From contig CAZLQZ010000007.1 of the NCBI GenBank assembly GCA_964561995.1, forward strand, positions 9,769 through 41,768: a stretch of DNA of 32,000 nt, read 5' to 3'. The notes under the pieces are model-generated. The model had not been told where the DNA came from, did not search any database, and saw nothing but the letters and a program-made list of their open reading frames with translations. The position numbers were made by a program, and so were the translations under genes. Below, one piece after another: positions 8,820 through 17,986 of this stretch. The stretch comes from an uncultured Methanosarcinales archaeon (GTDB lineage: Archaea; Nanobdellota; Nanobdellia; Woesearchaeales; JABIAG01). Each line of letters begins with the position of its first letter. Within the stretch, counting starts at the first letter, position 1.

Positions 8820-9875
8820 ATGAAAATGAAAAAATTATTTTTATTATTAGCTTTAATTTTGCTTGTTGGTTGTGCAAATGAAGGATATAGAGTTGGAGTA
8901 ATAGTTCCTTTATCAGGTAGTCAAGCAGTACTTGGAAATGATTATAGGCAAGGATTGGAACTTTATGATTCGGATATTGAATATATTTTTCAAGATTCAA
9001 TGGGTGATGTAAAATCTGCTGTATCTGCTTATTATCAATTAAAGATTCAAGACGTGGATGCGATTGTTGTTGTTAGTTCTGGTGATGAAGCAATAATTGA
9101 ATTGGCAGATAAAGATGATATTCCATTATTATTAACTGGATCGTCAACTGCAAGTCTAGCTTCAAGAAGTGAGTGGGCATTTAGATATTTTACTAATGCT
9201 GATGTAGATGCAAGAATTATTGCTAATTATGCAATTGATGAATTACAATTGAAAAGTTTTGGAATACTTCATGTTGTTGATAATTACGGGTATAGTTATG
9301 CTGAAGTTTTTAAGGAAGAAGTTGAAAATAATGGCAAAAAAGTAATCGGTGTTGAATCATTTCAATATGCTGATTTTGATTATAGAACTCAGTTATTAAA
9401 GTTAAAAGATGCAGACTCAATATATATTATTGGTTTAGATTATCAAATTGCTGAAGCATTAAAAGAAATTAATGAGTTAGGTATAAATGCAAAAGTCCTT
9501 GCTTTGGGTACAATTGCAACCCAATATGGTATTAATTTATCGGAAGGAACTGCAAATGGAGTTTATACAAATGCCTTTTGTACTGATGAAATTCCTGAGT
9601 TGTATAGAACTAAATTTATGGATTATTATGGTAAAGAACCAGGTTTTTATTCGGAAATTGGTTATGATATGGCAAAATTAATTGATATTGCAAATGTTGA
9701 TGGTAAGATAACTAAAGATGAATTTGTTAATAATTTGCTTATGTTAAATAATATTGAAACTAATCTTGGTAATGTTAGTGCAATGGATGATGGTGAATTA
9801 TTTATTCCTGTTTGTACTAAAGTAATTGAAGGTAATAAAATAAAAGATGTTATTACTGGGAATTATTATGGTTAA
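8820..9875 (+). CDS. ABC substrate-binding lipoprotein, LivJ/Peripla_BP_6 family (SBP-1)
   Basis: Has a lipobox (LLVGC) followed by YRVGVIVPLSGSQAVLGNDYRQG, typical of the family. GAGGTG is at 8812-8817, so the ATG at 8826 is an equally good start. Confidence 0.85.
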   Translation: MKMKKLFLLLALILLVGCANEGYRVGVIVPLSGSQAVLGNDYRQGLELYDSDIEYIFQDSMGDVKSAVSAYYQLKIQDVDAIVVVSSGDEAIIELADKDDIPLLLTGSSTASLASRSEWAFRYFTNADVDARIIANYAIDELQLKSFGILHVVDNYGYSYAEVFKEEVENNGKKVIGVESFQYADFDYRTQLLKLKDADSIYIIGLDYQIAEALKEINELGINAKVLALGTIATQYGINLSEGTANGVYTNAFCTDEIPELYRTKFMDYYGKEPGFYSEIGYDMAKLIDIANVDGKITKDEFVNNLLMLNNIETNLGNVSAMDDGELFIPVCTKVIEGNKIKDVITGNYYG

Positions 9876-9965
9876 CATCAACAAATTTATTATTTTTTAT
9901 TGTTTTCATTTTAAAATCTTTATTTGAAACAATTCCATTTTCATCAAAACTGATTATGTTTGATG
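9853..9965 (-). pseudogene. Remnant of the 3' end of a LivJ-type binding-protein gene
   Basis: The minus-frame translation ...SGASNIISFDENGIVSNKDFKMKTIKNNKFVDV matches the C-terminus of SBP-4 (GGNLSFDENGDVKKTIFIKTIKDRKFVKIN). No N-terminal 300 aa are present. The right boundary is approximate. Confidence 0.6.
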
Positions 9966-9971
9966 CACCAC

Positions 9972-10139
9972 TATAAATATACAGAATTGGATATTCCTTC
10001 AAATATTGATCTCTATGGGGATAAAACCCTGATCTTGGCTTGGACGCCACAACCAATTGCTTTTTTAATAACTTCTAATGAAGTTACAGAAACATTTAAA
10101 CAATTATTTTATAAACTTTGGAAAAAAGCAGAAAAATAA
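9972..10139 (+). pseudogene. Remnant of the 3' end of a TrmB-family regulator gene
   Basis: Hand translation gives ...YKYTELDIPSNIDLYGDKTLILAWTPQPIAFLITSNEVTETFKQLFYKLWKKAEK*. This parallels the C-termini of the intact paralogs, for example RYVDDFAPRGINVFGDNVLIVSFEEVIPLAVIISSKAMANNFRNVFYNMWKIAKK*. There is no wHTH part. The left boundary is approximate. Confidence 0.6.
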
Positions 10140-10156
10140 TTTTTCTGCGTTTGATT

Positions 10157-11221
10157 TTATTCTAAAGTATTGGTATTTTCATCTGAAAATTGGATATTTT
10201 TAATTGGAAAATTAAATTCTCCAAATTCTTTTGGAATAATTTCTCCATTAATGCCACTAAAGTTGTTTAAATTATTCATTTTTTCAGCTGTATCAATTTG
10301 ATTGTTGCCAATTAAATTAGATAAGTCACATCCAATTGCTGAAAATTGACTGCCTTGAGAATCATATTTTGATTTGTATTCTTGATTAAAATTTAAAGCT
10401 TTAGTTCCAGATGAAAATAGGTAGGCAGAACGAGTTGTGTATACTTTTTCTAAAATGATTGGATTATTTTTATAATCGTTGTCATGCCACATCCATGCAG
10501 TAAATATTTTTGCTTCGATTCCTGATTCTTTTAGTTTAGAAATTATTTGTAAACTTTGTTTGTCATAAGCAATTACTAAAATTGAATCTACTTTATTATT
10601 TTTCAATTTAGTAATTTGAGTTGAAAAATCTAATTCTGTTGCTTGAAATGAATCTTTGTAAACTGGTATTTCATTTGATTCAAAAAACAATTGAGCGGCT
10701 TTTGCATAAGTTTGTCCAAATTCATTTTGAACATAAAAAATTCCTGCTTTAGATGCTTCATTTTTAATCATTGAATCAGCAAGAGTTTTTGCAGCATTTT
10801 CTCCATCTAAATAAAATCTAAATACTGTATCGCCTCCCCTTTTTCCAACTTCGGAAGCAGTAGTTATGGTTGTTATAACAAACTTTTTTTCATCTTTAGC
10901 AATAGGTAATATTGCCGGAACAATTGTACTTAATCCAACTATTGTTAAGTCAACATTATCTATTGAATTTAATTTGTTAAATGCACTTACTCCTTTTGAT
11001 GCGATACCTTCACAATCTTCAAAAATGTAAACTATGTTGCCAGGATTACATATTTCTAAACCTTTTTGCATTTCAGCACCCAAATAAGCTTGAGGACCAC
11101 TTAATGGCATTACAATTCCCACTTTAATTTTTCCTTCATCTTTTTGAGTTGAAAATATTGCTGTTGCTACAAATATCATTATTAATAGAATTCCTAATAT
11201 CAAATATGTTTGTTTTTTCAT
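10157..11221 (-). CDS. ABC substrate-binding protein, LivJ/Peripla_BP_6 family (SBP-2), TM-anchored
   Basis: Contains IKVGIVMPLSGPQAYLGAEMQKG. The N-terminal hydrophobic helix has no lipobox Cys. GGAAGG precedes the ATG and the gene lies 6 nt downstream of livF, which suggests an operon. Confidence 0.85.
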   Translation of the reverse strand: MKKQTYLILGILLIMIFVATAIFSTQKDEGKIKVGIVMPLSGPQAYLGAEMQKGLEICNPGNIVYIFEDCEGIASKGVSAFNKLNSIDNVDLTIVGLSTIVPAILPIAKDEKKFVITTITTASEVGKRGGDTVFRFYLDGENAAKTLADSMIKNEASKAGIFYVQNEFGQTYAKAAQLFFESNEIPVYKDSFQATELDFSTQITKLKNNKVDSILVIAYDKQSLQIISKLKESGIEAKIFTAWMWHDNDYKNNPIILEKVYTTRSAYLFSSGTKALNFNQEYKSKYDSQGSQFSAIGCDLSNLIGNNQIDTAEKMNNLNNFSGINGEIIPKEFGEFNFPIKNIQFSDENTNTLE

Positions 11222-11227
11222 TTTTAA

Positions 11228-11929
11228 TTACCTTCCGCCAAAATAAATGTTTTTTATTTTTTCATTGTTTAATATGTCTTTATTGCCTTTCAAAGCAATC
11301 TTTCCATCTTCTAAAATGTAAGTTGTGTCAGCAATACTTACTGCTTGTTTAGCATTTTGTTCAACTATTATAATTGAAACTCCTTCGTTTTTTATTTCAA
11401 TTATTTTTTGAAATATTTCTTTCATTGCTTTTGGACTTAAACCTAATGAAGGCTCATCCAGTAATAATAATTTTGGTTTTTGAATTAATGCACGAGCAAT
11501 AGCTAACATCTGTTGTTGTCCACCTGATAAAGTGTAAGCATATTGATTCTCTTTTTCTTTTAAAATTGGGAATTTTTTAAAAATTTCTTTTATGTTAGTT
11601 TTTAATAGTTCATGGTTAGTCATAACAAAAGCTCCCATTTCTAAATTTTCCTTTACTGTTAAATCTGAAAATACTTGCCTTCCTTGGGGAACAAAAGAAA
11701 TTCCTTCATAAATTAATTCATGAGTGAGTAAATTTCTAATGTTTTTATTATTAAATATTATTTCTCCAGAATAAACATCGCATAAATTAAATATACTTTT
11801 TAGTAATGTAGATTTGCCTGCACCATTAGGACCTATAATTGCAACGATTTCATTATCTGCTTCGAAATCTATTCCTTTGAGTATCTCGGACTTGTTATAA
11901 CCTGCTTTTAAGTTGGAAATCTTTAACAT
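11228..11929 (-). CDS. livF: Branched-chain amino acid type ABC transporter ATP-binding protein LivF
   Basis: 233 aa with GPNGAGKSTLLK, VPQGRQVF, LSGGQQQMLAIARAL, LLLLDEPSLGLSP and IVEQN, which is the LivF pattern. Confidence 0.88.
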   Translation of the reverse strand: MLKISNLKAGYNKSEILKGIDFEADNEIVAIIGPNGAGKSTLLKSIFNLCDVYSGEIIFNNKNIRNLLTHELIYEGISFVPQGRQVFSDLTVKENLEMGAFVMTNHELLKTNIKEIFKKFPILKEKENQYAYTLSGGQQQMLAIARALIQKPKLLLLDEPSLGLSPKAMKEIFQKIIEIKNEGVSIIIVEQNAKQAVSIADTTYILEDGKIALKGNKDILNNEKIKNIYFGGR

Positions 11930-11964
11930 AATTAATAAAATAAAAAGATGGTTAATAAATATTA

Positions 11965-13038
11965 CTAATTGCTTATAGTAACAAATTCTCCATTTTTAAT
12001 TGTTCTTATAATTGCAGTACTATTAATAACGCCCGTTTCTCCAATATTTAAAGTACCTAATGCACCTTTAAAACCTTGGATTTCAGATAACTCGTTTACT
12101 GCTTCTTCTTTTGTTTCTGCTTTTTCAAAAGCTTTCACAATTAAGTTTATAGCATCATAAGTGTTAGGTGAACCAACAACTGGGTTGTTTTCAAATTTAG
12201 CTTTGTAACTATCAACATATTCCGCTGAAGGGTCTGCTGCTTGAACATACCACATTCCTTCAAACAATTCTGGTTCTTCACTAAATTCAAATGCTTCTAT
12301 TGCAGTTAAAGGTTTATCGATGCCTTGTTCTTTTATTTGTTTAGTTAGAATTTCCAATTCAGGTGATAGTGCAAGTAATAAATAAATATCTGGTTTACTT
12401 TTTTTTGCTTTAGAAATTAATGTTTTAAAATCTTTTTCGCCAAAATTAAATTTTTGATCACTGACAATTTCAATATTTGCTTCTTCTAATTTTGGTTTTA
12501 AGTCTGCTACAATTGCTGTAGTTCCTTGTTGATTTATTTCAAAGATTGCAATTTTTTTAATATCTTTTTCAATTAATTCTTGTACAAAAACTCTATTTTC
12601 TTCATTAGGTTGAGTCCAATGGATAAAATTATAATTTCCTTTTGCAATAGTTACATCGGAACCAATTCCAATATGTATGATTTTATTTAGATTAGTTACT
12701 GGGGACACTACATTACCTGAACCTGATGAAAATGAAACAATTGCATCAACGTTATCAATATTAATTAATTTATTTGTAGCTGTTGAAGTTAATTGAGGTT
12801 CCATTCTATCATCTTCAAAGATTACTTTATATTCATATTTGGTGTTTTCTAATTGTTCTAAAGCAAGATTGACTGAATTTCTTGCCCCATTACCCATAAA
12901 TGTTAAACTTCCACTTAATGGTAGAATTACTCCAATTTTAATAAATTCTTTTTCACTTGCATTATTATTTTCTACTTTTGTACATCCAACAATTAATAGT
13001 ATTATTAACGTTAATAAGAATAGATTTTTTAGTTTCAT
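11965..13038 (-). CDS. ABC substrate-binding lipoprotein, LivJ/Peripla_BP_6 family (SBP-3)
   Basis: Has a lipobox (LIVGC) followed by IKIGVILPLSGSLTFMGNGARNS. A TATA-like tttatatatt lies about 20 nt upstream of the ATG. Confidence 0.85.
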   Translation of the reverse strand: MKLKNLFLLTLIILLIVGCTKVENNNASEKEFIKIGVILPLSGSLTFMGNGARNSVNLALEQLENTKYEYKVIFEDDRMEPQLTSTATNKLINIDNVDAIVSFSSGSGNVVSPVTNLNKIIHIGIGSDVTIAKGNYNFIHWTQPNEENRVFVQELIEKDIKKIAIFEINQQGTTAIVADLKPKLEEANIEIVSDQKFNFGEKDFKTLISKAKKSKPDIYLLLALSPELEILTKQIKEQGIDKPLTAIEAFEFSEEPELFEGMWYVQAADPSAEYVDSYKAKFENNPVVGSPNTYDAINLIVKAFEKAETKEEAVNELSEIQGFKGALGTLNIGETGVINSTAIIRTIKNGEFVTISN

Positions 13039-13098
13039 AATTGCTATTATGGGTCTTTAATATATAAAACTAATGCTATTGATTAATATGAAAATGCT

Positions 13099-13115
13099 CA
13101 GAAGGAAATCTTCTG
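13099..13115 (-). terminator. Hairpin downstream of SBP-4
   Basis: CAGAAG-gaaat-CTTCTG, followed on the minus strand by a short T run (agcattttc). It lies between the SBP-4 stop and the SBP-3 promoter. Confidence 0.3.
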
Positions 13116-13140
13116 GCACGACTAAAAGTCAAATAAAAAA

Positions 13141-14235
13141 TTAATTAATCTTAACAAATTTTCTATCTTTAATTGTTTTGATAAATATTGTTTTTTTTAC
13201 ATCTCCATTTTCATCAAAAGACAAGTTTCCTCCAGCAAGGTTGTATTCTTTATTTAAAATGTACTCCTTAACTTTTATTGGATCTTCTCCAACATGTGAA
13301 ATTGCATCGGCAATTATCATAAGAGCGTCATACGAATTAATCGCTGTTGCATCTGGGTAAGAGCCATATTTAGTTTTGTATGCATTCCTAAACTTCAAAC
13401 TTTCTTTTGTTTCAAAGTTTTCATCATAAAAATGTGGATAGAATACTCCTTTACTAATTTCGTAATGTTCTTGAATTAATGTTGCACTTTCTGTTCCAAA
13501 GCCACCCAAAATAGTAACATTTAAACCGAATTCTTTAATTTGTTTTAAAGGATTGACCATTCCAACACTACTTATAGGGATGAAAATTGCTTCGGGATTT
13601 TTTTCTTTTATCTTAATTAATTCTGTTTTTACATCTGCTTGACCTAATTGTATCTTTTGAACTTCAACAACTTTTCCTCCTAGTTCTTCAAACTTTTCAG
13701 TAAAGTAATTTGTATGTTCTGTACAAAATGATACAGTACAACTAACAATTGCAACTTTTCTTATGCCTGAGTTGTAAGTATAATCTGCCAAAGTATATGA
13801 CATGTCTTTAATTTGAGGAACAGTTCTAAAAAATAAATCGTCTTTACTTAAGGAACTTAAAGCGGCAGCAGGGCTAAAAGCTAAAACCTTTTCTTCTAAA
13901 AGTGGTACCAGTGCTTCTGTATTTCCATTCCAAGAATCTCCTATAATAAATTTAACGCCATCTAAATTATGAAGTTTATAAAATGCTGAAACTGTTAGAT
14001 CACTCTTAGTTTGACTATCTTCAACAATTAAATTTATTTTCTTTCCATTTATTCCACCTTCGGAATTAATTATTTCTTTTGCAACTTCTAATCCTTTTAC
14101 TTCTTGTTGACCAAAATATGAACCCATTCCTGTTAGAGTTCCAATAACGCCTATATCTACTGTTTTTTCTTGTTTGCAACCAACAAATACTGTACTCATC
14201 ATTATTATTAATAAAATTGTTAATATTTTTCTCAT
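13141..14235 (-). CDS. ABC substrate-binding lipoprotein, LivJ/Peripla_BP_6 family (SBP-4)
   Basis: The start was moved to the ATG at 14233-14235 (MRKILTILLIIMMSTVFVGC lipobox), which is preceded by AGGAGGAAAA. The 27-codon extension in the track begins at a TTG and covers promoter sequence. Confidence 0.85.
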   Translation of the reverse strand: MRKILTILLIIMMSTVFVGCKQEKTVDIGVIGTLTGMGSYFGQQEVKGLEVAKEIINSEGGINGKKINLIVEDSQTKSDLTVSAFYKLHNLDGVKFIIGDSWNGNTEALVPLLEEKVLAFSPAAALSSLSKDDLFFRTVPQIKDMSYTLADYTYNSGIRKVAIVSCTVSFCTEHTNYFTEKFEELGGKVVEVQKIQLGQADVKTELIKIKEKNPEAIFIPISSVGMVNPLKQIKEFGLNVTILGGFGTESATLIQEHYEISKGVFYPHFYDENFETKESLKFRNAYKTKYGSYPDATAINSYDALMIIADAISHVGEDPIKVKEYILNKEYNLAGGNLSFDENGDVKKTIFIKTIKDRKFVKIN

Positions 14236-14253
14236 TTTGTTTTTCCTCCTTTT

Positions 14254-14316
14254 ATTACTACTGCAAGGTAATGTCTTTGCATATATTATCTTTTGTTCTT
14301 CTTTTTGGGTGAACAA
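14254..14316. promoter_or_regulatory. Inverted repeats in the divergent SBP-4 / TrmB-2 intergenic region
   Basis: ATTAC (14254-14258) N9 GTAAT (14268-14272) lies in the SBP-4 leader. TTGTTC (14293-14298) N12 GAACAA (14311-14316) lies between the two TATA-like boxes. Confidence 0.4.
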
Positions 14317-14355
14317 TTGAAAAGATTTAAATATTGCATTTAATTAATTTAAGTT

Positions 14356-15090
14356 ATGGATTTACAAATACTTAGAGAAATTGGATTGACCGACTCTCAA
14401 ATACGGGTATATTTATCACTGCTTAAATTAGGAATTTCAAAATCAGGTTTGATAATTAAAGAAACTTCTCTTTCGGGGTCAGTAGTTTATAGAGCATTGG
14501 AAGATCTAATTGAGATGGGTTTAGTAAGTTTTGTTATTAAATCAAAAACTAAGTTTTTTTCAGCTACTTCTCCAAAAAATATTCTTAGATTGTGGGATGA
14601 TAAAAAAGATAAATTAAAAATGCTGTTACCTGAACTTGAATCTATTAAAAAGCAAGATTTCACTCCAAAAACAAGAATGTTTGTAGGTTGGAAAGGTGTA
14701 CAAACTGCATTTAATACTGTTTTTGACGTTTTACCAGAAGGAAGCGAATATATTGCTTTTGCAGCGGGATCTGCTAAAGAAGCACCTGAAACTACTAGAA
14801 TTTTTTTTAAGAATTATCAGAGAAAAAGAATTGAGATGAAGTATGATGTTAAACTTATTATCAATAAACAAGATGAAGAAACATTTGAGAAAAGATTTCA
14901 AGATGTTAAAAAATGGAAAATAAGGTATGTGGATGATTTTGCTCCAAGAGGTATAAACGTTTTTGGAGATAATGTTTTAATAGTATCTTTTGAAGAAGTT
15001 ATTCCTCTTGCTGTAATAATAAGCTCCAAAGCAATGGCAAATAACTTTAGAAATGTATTTTACAATATGTGGAAAATAGCAAAAAAATAA
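14356..15090 (+). CDS. TrmB-family transcriptional regulator (paralog 2)
   Basis: Contains the wHTH GLTDSQIRVYLSLLKLGISKSGLIIKETSLSGSVVYRALEDLIEMGLVSF. It has the same length and C-terminal pattern as paralogs 1 and 3. TTTAAATA ends 22 nt upstream of the ATG. Confidence 0.8.
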   Translation: MDLQILREIGLTDSQIRVYLSLLKLGISKSGLIIKETSLSGSVVYRALEDLIEMGLVSFVIKSKTKFFSATSPKNILRLWDDKKDKLKMLLPELESIKKQDFTPKTRMFVGWKGVQTAFNTVFDVLPEGSEYIAFAAGSAKEAPETTRIFFKNYQRKRIEMKYDVKLIINKQDEETFEKRFQDVKKWKIRYVDDFAPRGINVFGDNVLIVSFEEVIPLAVIISSKAMANNFRNVFYNMWKIAKK

Positions 15091-15092
15091 AA

Positions 15093-15815
15093 TCAACAAC
15101 CCAAATAAGCTTCTAATACTTTTTTATTATTTTTTATTTGTTCCGGTGTTCCTTGAGCAATAACTTTTCCTTCATCCATTACAATTACATTATCGGCAAT
15201 GTTTAAAACAAATTCCATATCATGTTCAATTATTAAAACAGTCTCACCTTTTTTTCTTAAATCTTTTAATATTCTAGATATAGAATTTCTTAGTTTAGGA
15301 TTAACACCTGCAACTGGTTCATCTAACATAAGTAACTTGTGAGGATTAATAACACTTCTTGCAATCTCAACTAATCTTTTTTGACCGTAACTTAAGTTTC
15401 TACATAATTTATTTTTATGCTCTATCATTTGAACAACTTTGAGTATTTCATTAAATTTTCTTTTAATTTTATAGCCAAATAAATTCTTCCAGAATTTTGT
15501 ATCTTCATTACTTATTGCTAATTTTAAATTTTCGTTAACGGTTAAATTTCCAAATAATCTTGCTTGTTGAAACATTCTTGAAATTCCCAAATTAGAAATT
15601 CGGTTAGTGCTTAAATTAGTTATTTCTTTTTCTTCAAGTTTAATTTTTCCTGAATCTGATTTAAGTATTCCTGATATTAAATTAAAAACCGTTGTTTTAC
15701 CTGAACCATTTGGTCCTATTAAAGCTGTAATTTTTCCTTGTTCAACTTTAAAACTGCATCCATTAACGGCTTTTACTCCACCGAAATATTTTTTTAGATT
15801 AGTTATTTTAAGCAT
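15093..15815 (-). CDS. livG: Branched-chain amino acid type ABC transporter ATP-binding protein LivG
   Basis: Contains KYFGGVKAVNGCSF, GPNGSGKTTVFNLISG, LSYGQKRLVEIARS, LMLDEPVAGVNP, IEHDM and the C-terminal EAYLG, which is the LivG pattern. The ATG overlaps the HEPN gene stop by 8 nt (ATGCTTAA). Confidence 0.88.
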   Translation of the reverse strand: MLKITNLKKYFGGVKAVNGCSFKVEQGKITALIGPNGSGKTTVFNLISGILKSDSGKIKLEEKEITNLSTNRISNLGISRMFQQARLFGNLTVNENLKLAISNEDTKFWKNLFGYKIKRKFNEILKVVQMIEHKNKLCRNLSYGQKRLVEIARSVINPHKLLMLDEPVAGVNPKLRNSISRILKDLRKKGETVLIIEHDMEFVLNIADNVIVMDEGKVIAQGTPEQIKNNKKVLEAYLGC

Positions 15816-16269
15816 AAAGTCCCTCTCTTATTTTTTTGATTTCATCATAAGTTAATAAATTTGAAATATTTTTAATTTCTAATAATAATTTTGTTAATTT
15901 ATCTAAATTAATTTCTACTGGTTTATTTTTTAAATAATATTGGTTGTCAATTCTTAATTCTTTATCTTTTTCTAAAGATTCACTAAATCCTTTTGGAAAT
16001 ATATTTAATTCTTCTAAAATAAAACATAATTTTATTGTGCATTCATGAATCTCACTTTTGATTCCTATTTTCATTAAGATTGAATAAGCAAGAAAATATT
16101 TACAATAATATTTGGTTGTTGCTAGCCACATTCTTGAATCTGATTTTATGTCTTTTAATGTTAATAATGTTTCTTCTGCACTTTCTATATACTCTTTGGC
16201 AAGATTATTATTTGGTTCTATTAATTTTATTCCTTTTTTTTGATTTTTACACCCATTTAAAGTAACCAT
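15808..16269 (-). CDS. HEPN domain protein
   Basis: A 153-aa all-helical protein (AKEYIESAEETL..., YYCKYFLAYSILMK, KELRIDNQYY) immediately downstream of, and overlapping by 13 nt, a minimal nucleotidyltransferase gene. This is the classic archaeal NTase/HEPN pairing. The family call rests on context plus weak motif recognition. Confidence 0.6.
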   Translation of the reverse strand: MVTLNGCKNQKKGIKLIEPNNNLAKEYIESAEETLLTLKDIKSDSRMWLATTKYYCKYFLAYSILMKIGIKSEIHECTIKLCFILEELNIFPKGFSESLEKDKELRIDNQYYLKNKPVEINLDKLTKLLLEIKNISNLLTYDEIKKIREGLYA

Positions 16270-16790
16270 TTGATTATTTCTTCACTCCCATTAATTATTA
16301 AATGTTTTTTGAATATTTCATTTTTTAAACTGTTATTTACTTCATTTAGTGATTTTACTTTTATTATATGTATTTTTTTGTTAATTTTTTCCTCAATATT
16401 TGTTTTATTTATTTCACTTGTTGTTAACAAATCAATATCATTAAATTTGTTTGAATTACTGGCTGAACCAAAAATTAAAGTATTTCCAATGTGGCAATTT
16501 GAAACTATTTCATTAATTATTAAATTTTTTTTACAACGTTTAATTAAAACTTCTTTTTCTATTATAGTTAAGTAATCAATAATTAATGGGTGATCTCGGT
16601 TGAGTTTAAAAAGTGTTAATCTTCCTTTAATATCTTTTATTAATAATCCTTCTTTTTCAAAAGAATTTAAATATTTTCTGACTGTTGGATGTGGTTCTTT
16701 TAATTGTCTGGATATATCTGCTAAATGTAGAAATTCTTTAGTTTGAGTGAATGGTTTTAAATATAACCATCTCGTTTCATTTTGAACCAT
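16257..16790 (-). CDS. wHTH-fused minimal nucleotidyltransferase (MNT-type)
   Basis: The C-terminal half contains LIFGSASNSNKFNDIDLL (G-S ... D-x-D pol-beta NTase signature). The N-terminal roughly 90 aa look like a winged helix (ISRQLKEPHPTVRKYLNSFEKEGLL). A TATA-like ctttatatat lies 23-34 nt upstream. Confidence 0.7.
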   Translation of the reverse strand: MVQNETRWLYLKPFTQTKEFLHLADISRQLKEPHPTVRKYLNSFEKEGLLIKDIKGRLTLFKLNRDHPLIIDYLTIIEKEVLIKRCKKNLIINEIVSNCHIGNTLIFGSASNSNKFNDIDLLTTSEINKTNIEEKINKKIHIIKVKSLNEVNNSLKNEIFKKHLIINGSEEIIKWLL

Positions 16791-16905
16791 ATTGTAACAT
16801 TATGAACCATTAAGATATATAAAGATTTTGTTTTTTAATTATTTAAAAGTCAAATTTGATTTTTATAATTCATAATTAGTAAATTAAGATAAAAAATTAA
16901 AAAAA

Positions 16906-17973
16906 TTAAATTTTACTAAATACTTTTCCCCCATTAACAATTCTAACTAATCGATAGTTTTCTTTTGGAAGTATTGGGTCGCCATTTTTATCAAAAGACC
17001 AATTTGCTACTTCTCCTTTCCATTCAATGGTTTTAAAGTAATCTTTAACACAAATTGCATCTTCATCACAATACTCAATTGCATCTTTTAACATGTACAC
17101 ACTGTCATACATTGAAGCTGTTAAAAAAAAGTGAAATTCAGGTTCTTTACCAAATTTATTAATATATTTTTCTAATAATTCTTTATTTTCCGAAAATGGA
17201 ATTATTGTGGTTGCATTTTGTGGTATATTGGCAATCTTTGTATCAATTGATGTTGGATTTCCGAGTACTTTTCCTTTAAGTCCTAATTCTTGCATTTGTT
17301 TAAAAATCATTTCTGCATTTTTAGGATTTAAAGTTGATATGAAAAACCCATCTGTATCTTTTGGAATTTTCATCAATATTGATTTAAAGTCATTGTTTTC
17401 TGTTGGGAATTTTTCATTAAGTACTATTTCTCCATTAAAAGATTCGATAAAGTAATTACTCCATGCTTCTGAAAATTCCGTTTGTTCAGTAAGGATTGCA
17501 ATTTTTTTAATTTTAGTATTCTTTGCTAAAATTATTGCTGCTTCTTTTCCAGGTGGAGAATTTCTATAAGCAAATTCATAGTCATCAAAAAATCCTTGTA
17601 TTGTTGATGTTGCTGCCATCATAAAAACTTGATTTTCATTTGCAACTGGTGCAACTGGACCTGATGCAGGAGTACAACTTGGACCTAAGATAAATTTCAC
17701 ATTGTCTTGATGAATTAATTTATTTGCTCCCGATATTGCATCTTTTCCACTGCATTTGTCATCTTCAAGAATAAATTCTATTTGTTTTCCATTAATTCCG
17801 CCTTCAGCGTTAATTTCATCTATTGCTATTTGGGCAAAATTAACTTCAGTTTGTCCGCCATATGCCCAATTACCAGTTAATGCAAATAATCCACCAACTT
17901 TAATTGTTTCATTAGGTGTACATGCGCTAAGTAATATTAGCAAACTAATTACCATTACTATCTTGTGTTTCAT
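16906..17973 (-). CDS. ABC substrate-binding lipoprotein, LivJ/Peripla_BP_6 family (SBP-5)
   Basis: Has a lipobox (LLSAC) followed by IKVGGLFALTGNWAYGGQTEVN. AGAGGTGAAAA precedes the ATG, and oligo-T runs follow the stop on the minus strand. Confidence 0.85.
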   Translation of the reverse strand: MKHKIVMVISLLILLSACTPNETIKVGGLFALTGNWAYGGQTEVNFAQIAIDEINAEGGINGKQIEFILEDDKCSGKDAISGANKLIHQDNVKFILGPSCTPASGPVAPVANENQVFMMAATSTIQGFFDDYEFAYRNSPPGKEAAIILAKNTKIKKIAILTEQTEFSEAWSNYFIESFNGEIVLNEKFPTENNDFKSILMKIPKDTDGFFISTLNPKNAEMIFKQMQELGLKGKVLGNPTSIDTKIANIPQNATTIIPFSENKELLEKYINKFGKEPEFHFFLTASMYDSVYMLKDAIEYCDEDAICVKDYFKTIEWKGEVANWSFDKNGDPILPKENYRLVRIVNGGKVFSKI

Positions 17974-17986
17974 TTTTCACCTCTTT

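Noticed and set aside
14236-14316. The 27-codon N-terminal extension of SBP-4 in the track (MFTQKEEQKIIYAKTLPCSSNKRRKNK).
   Set aside because: It starts at a TTG, precedes the signal peptide/lipobox and reads through the AGGAGG site and promoter-like sequence shared with the SBP-5 leader.
16783-16810. TGAACCAT is duplicated 20 nt apart at the NTase gene start, which could mean an alternative upstream ATG.
   Set aside because: The upstream ATG is out of frame and opens only a 17-codon ORF. The duplication is short and A/T-rich, so it is probably coincidental or part of the promoter.
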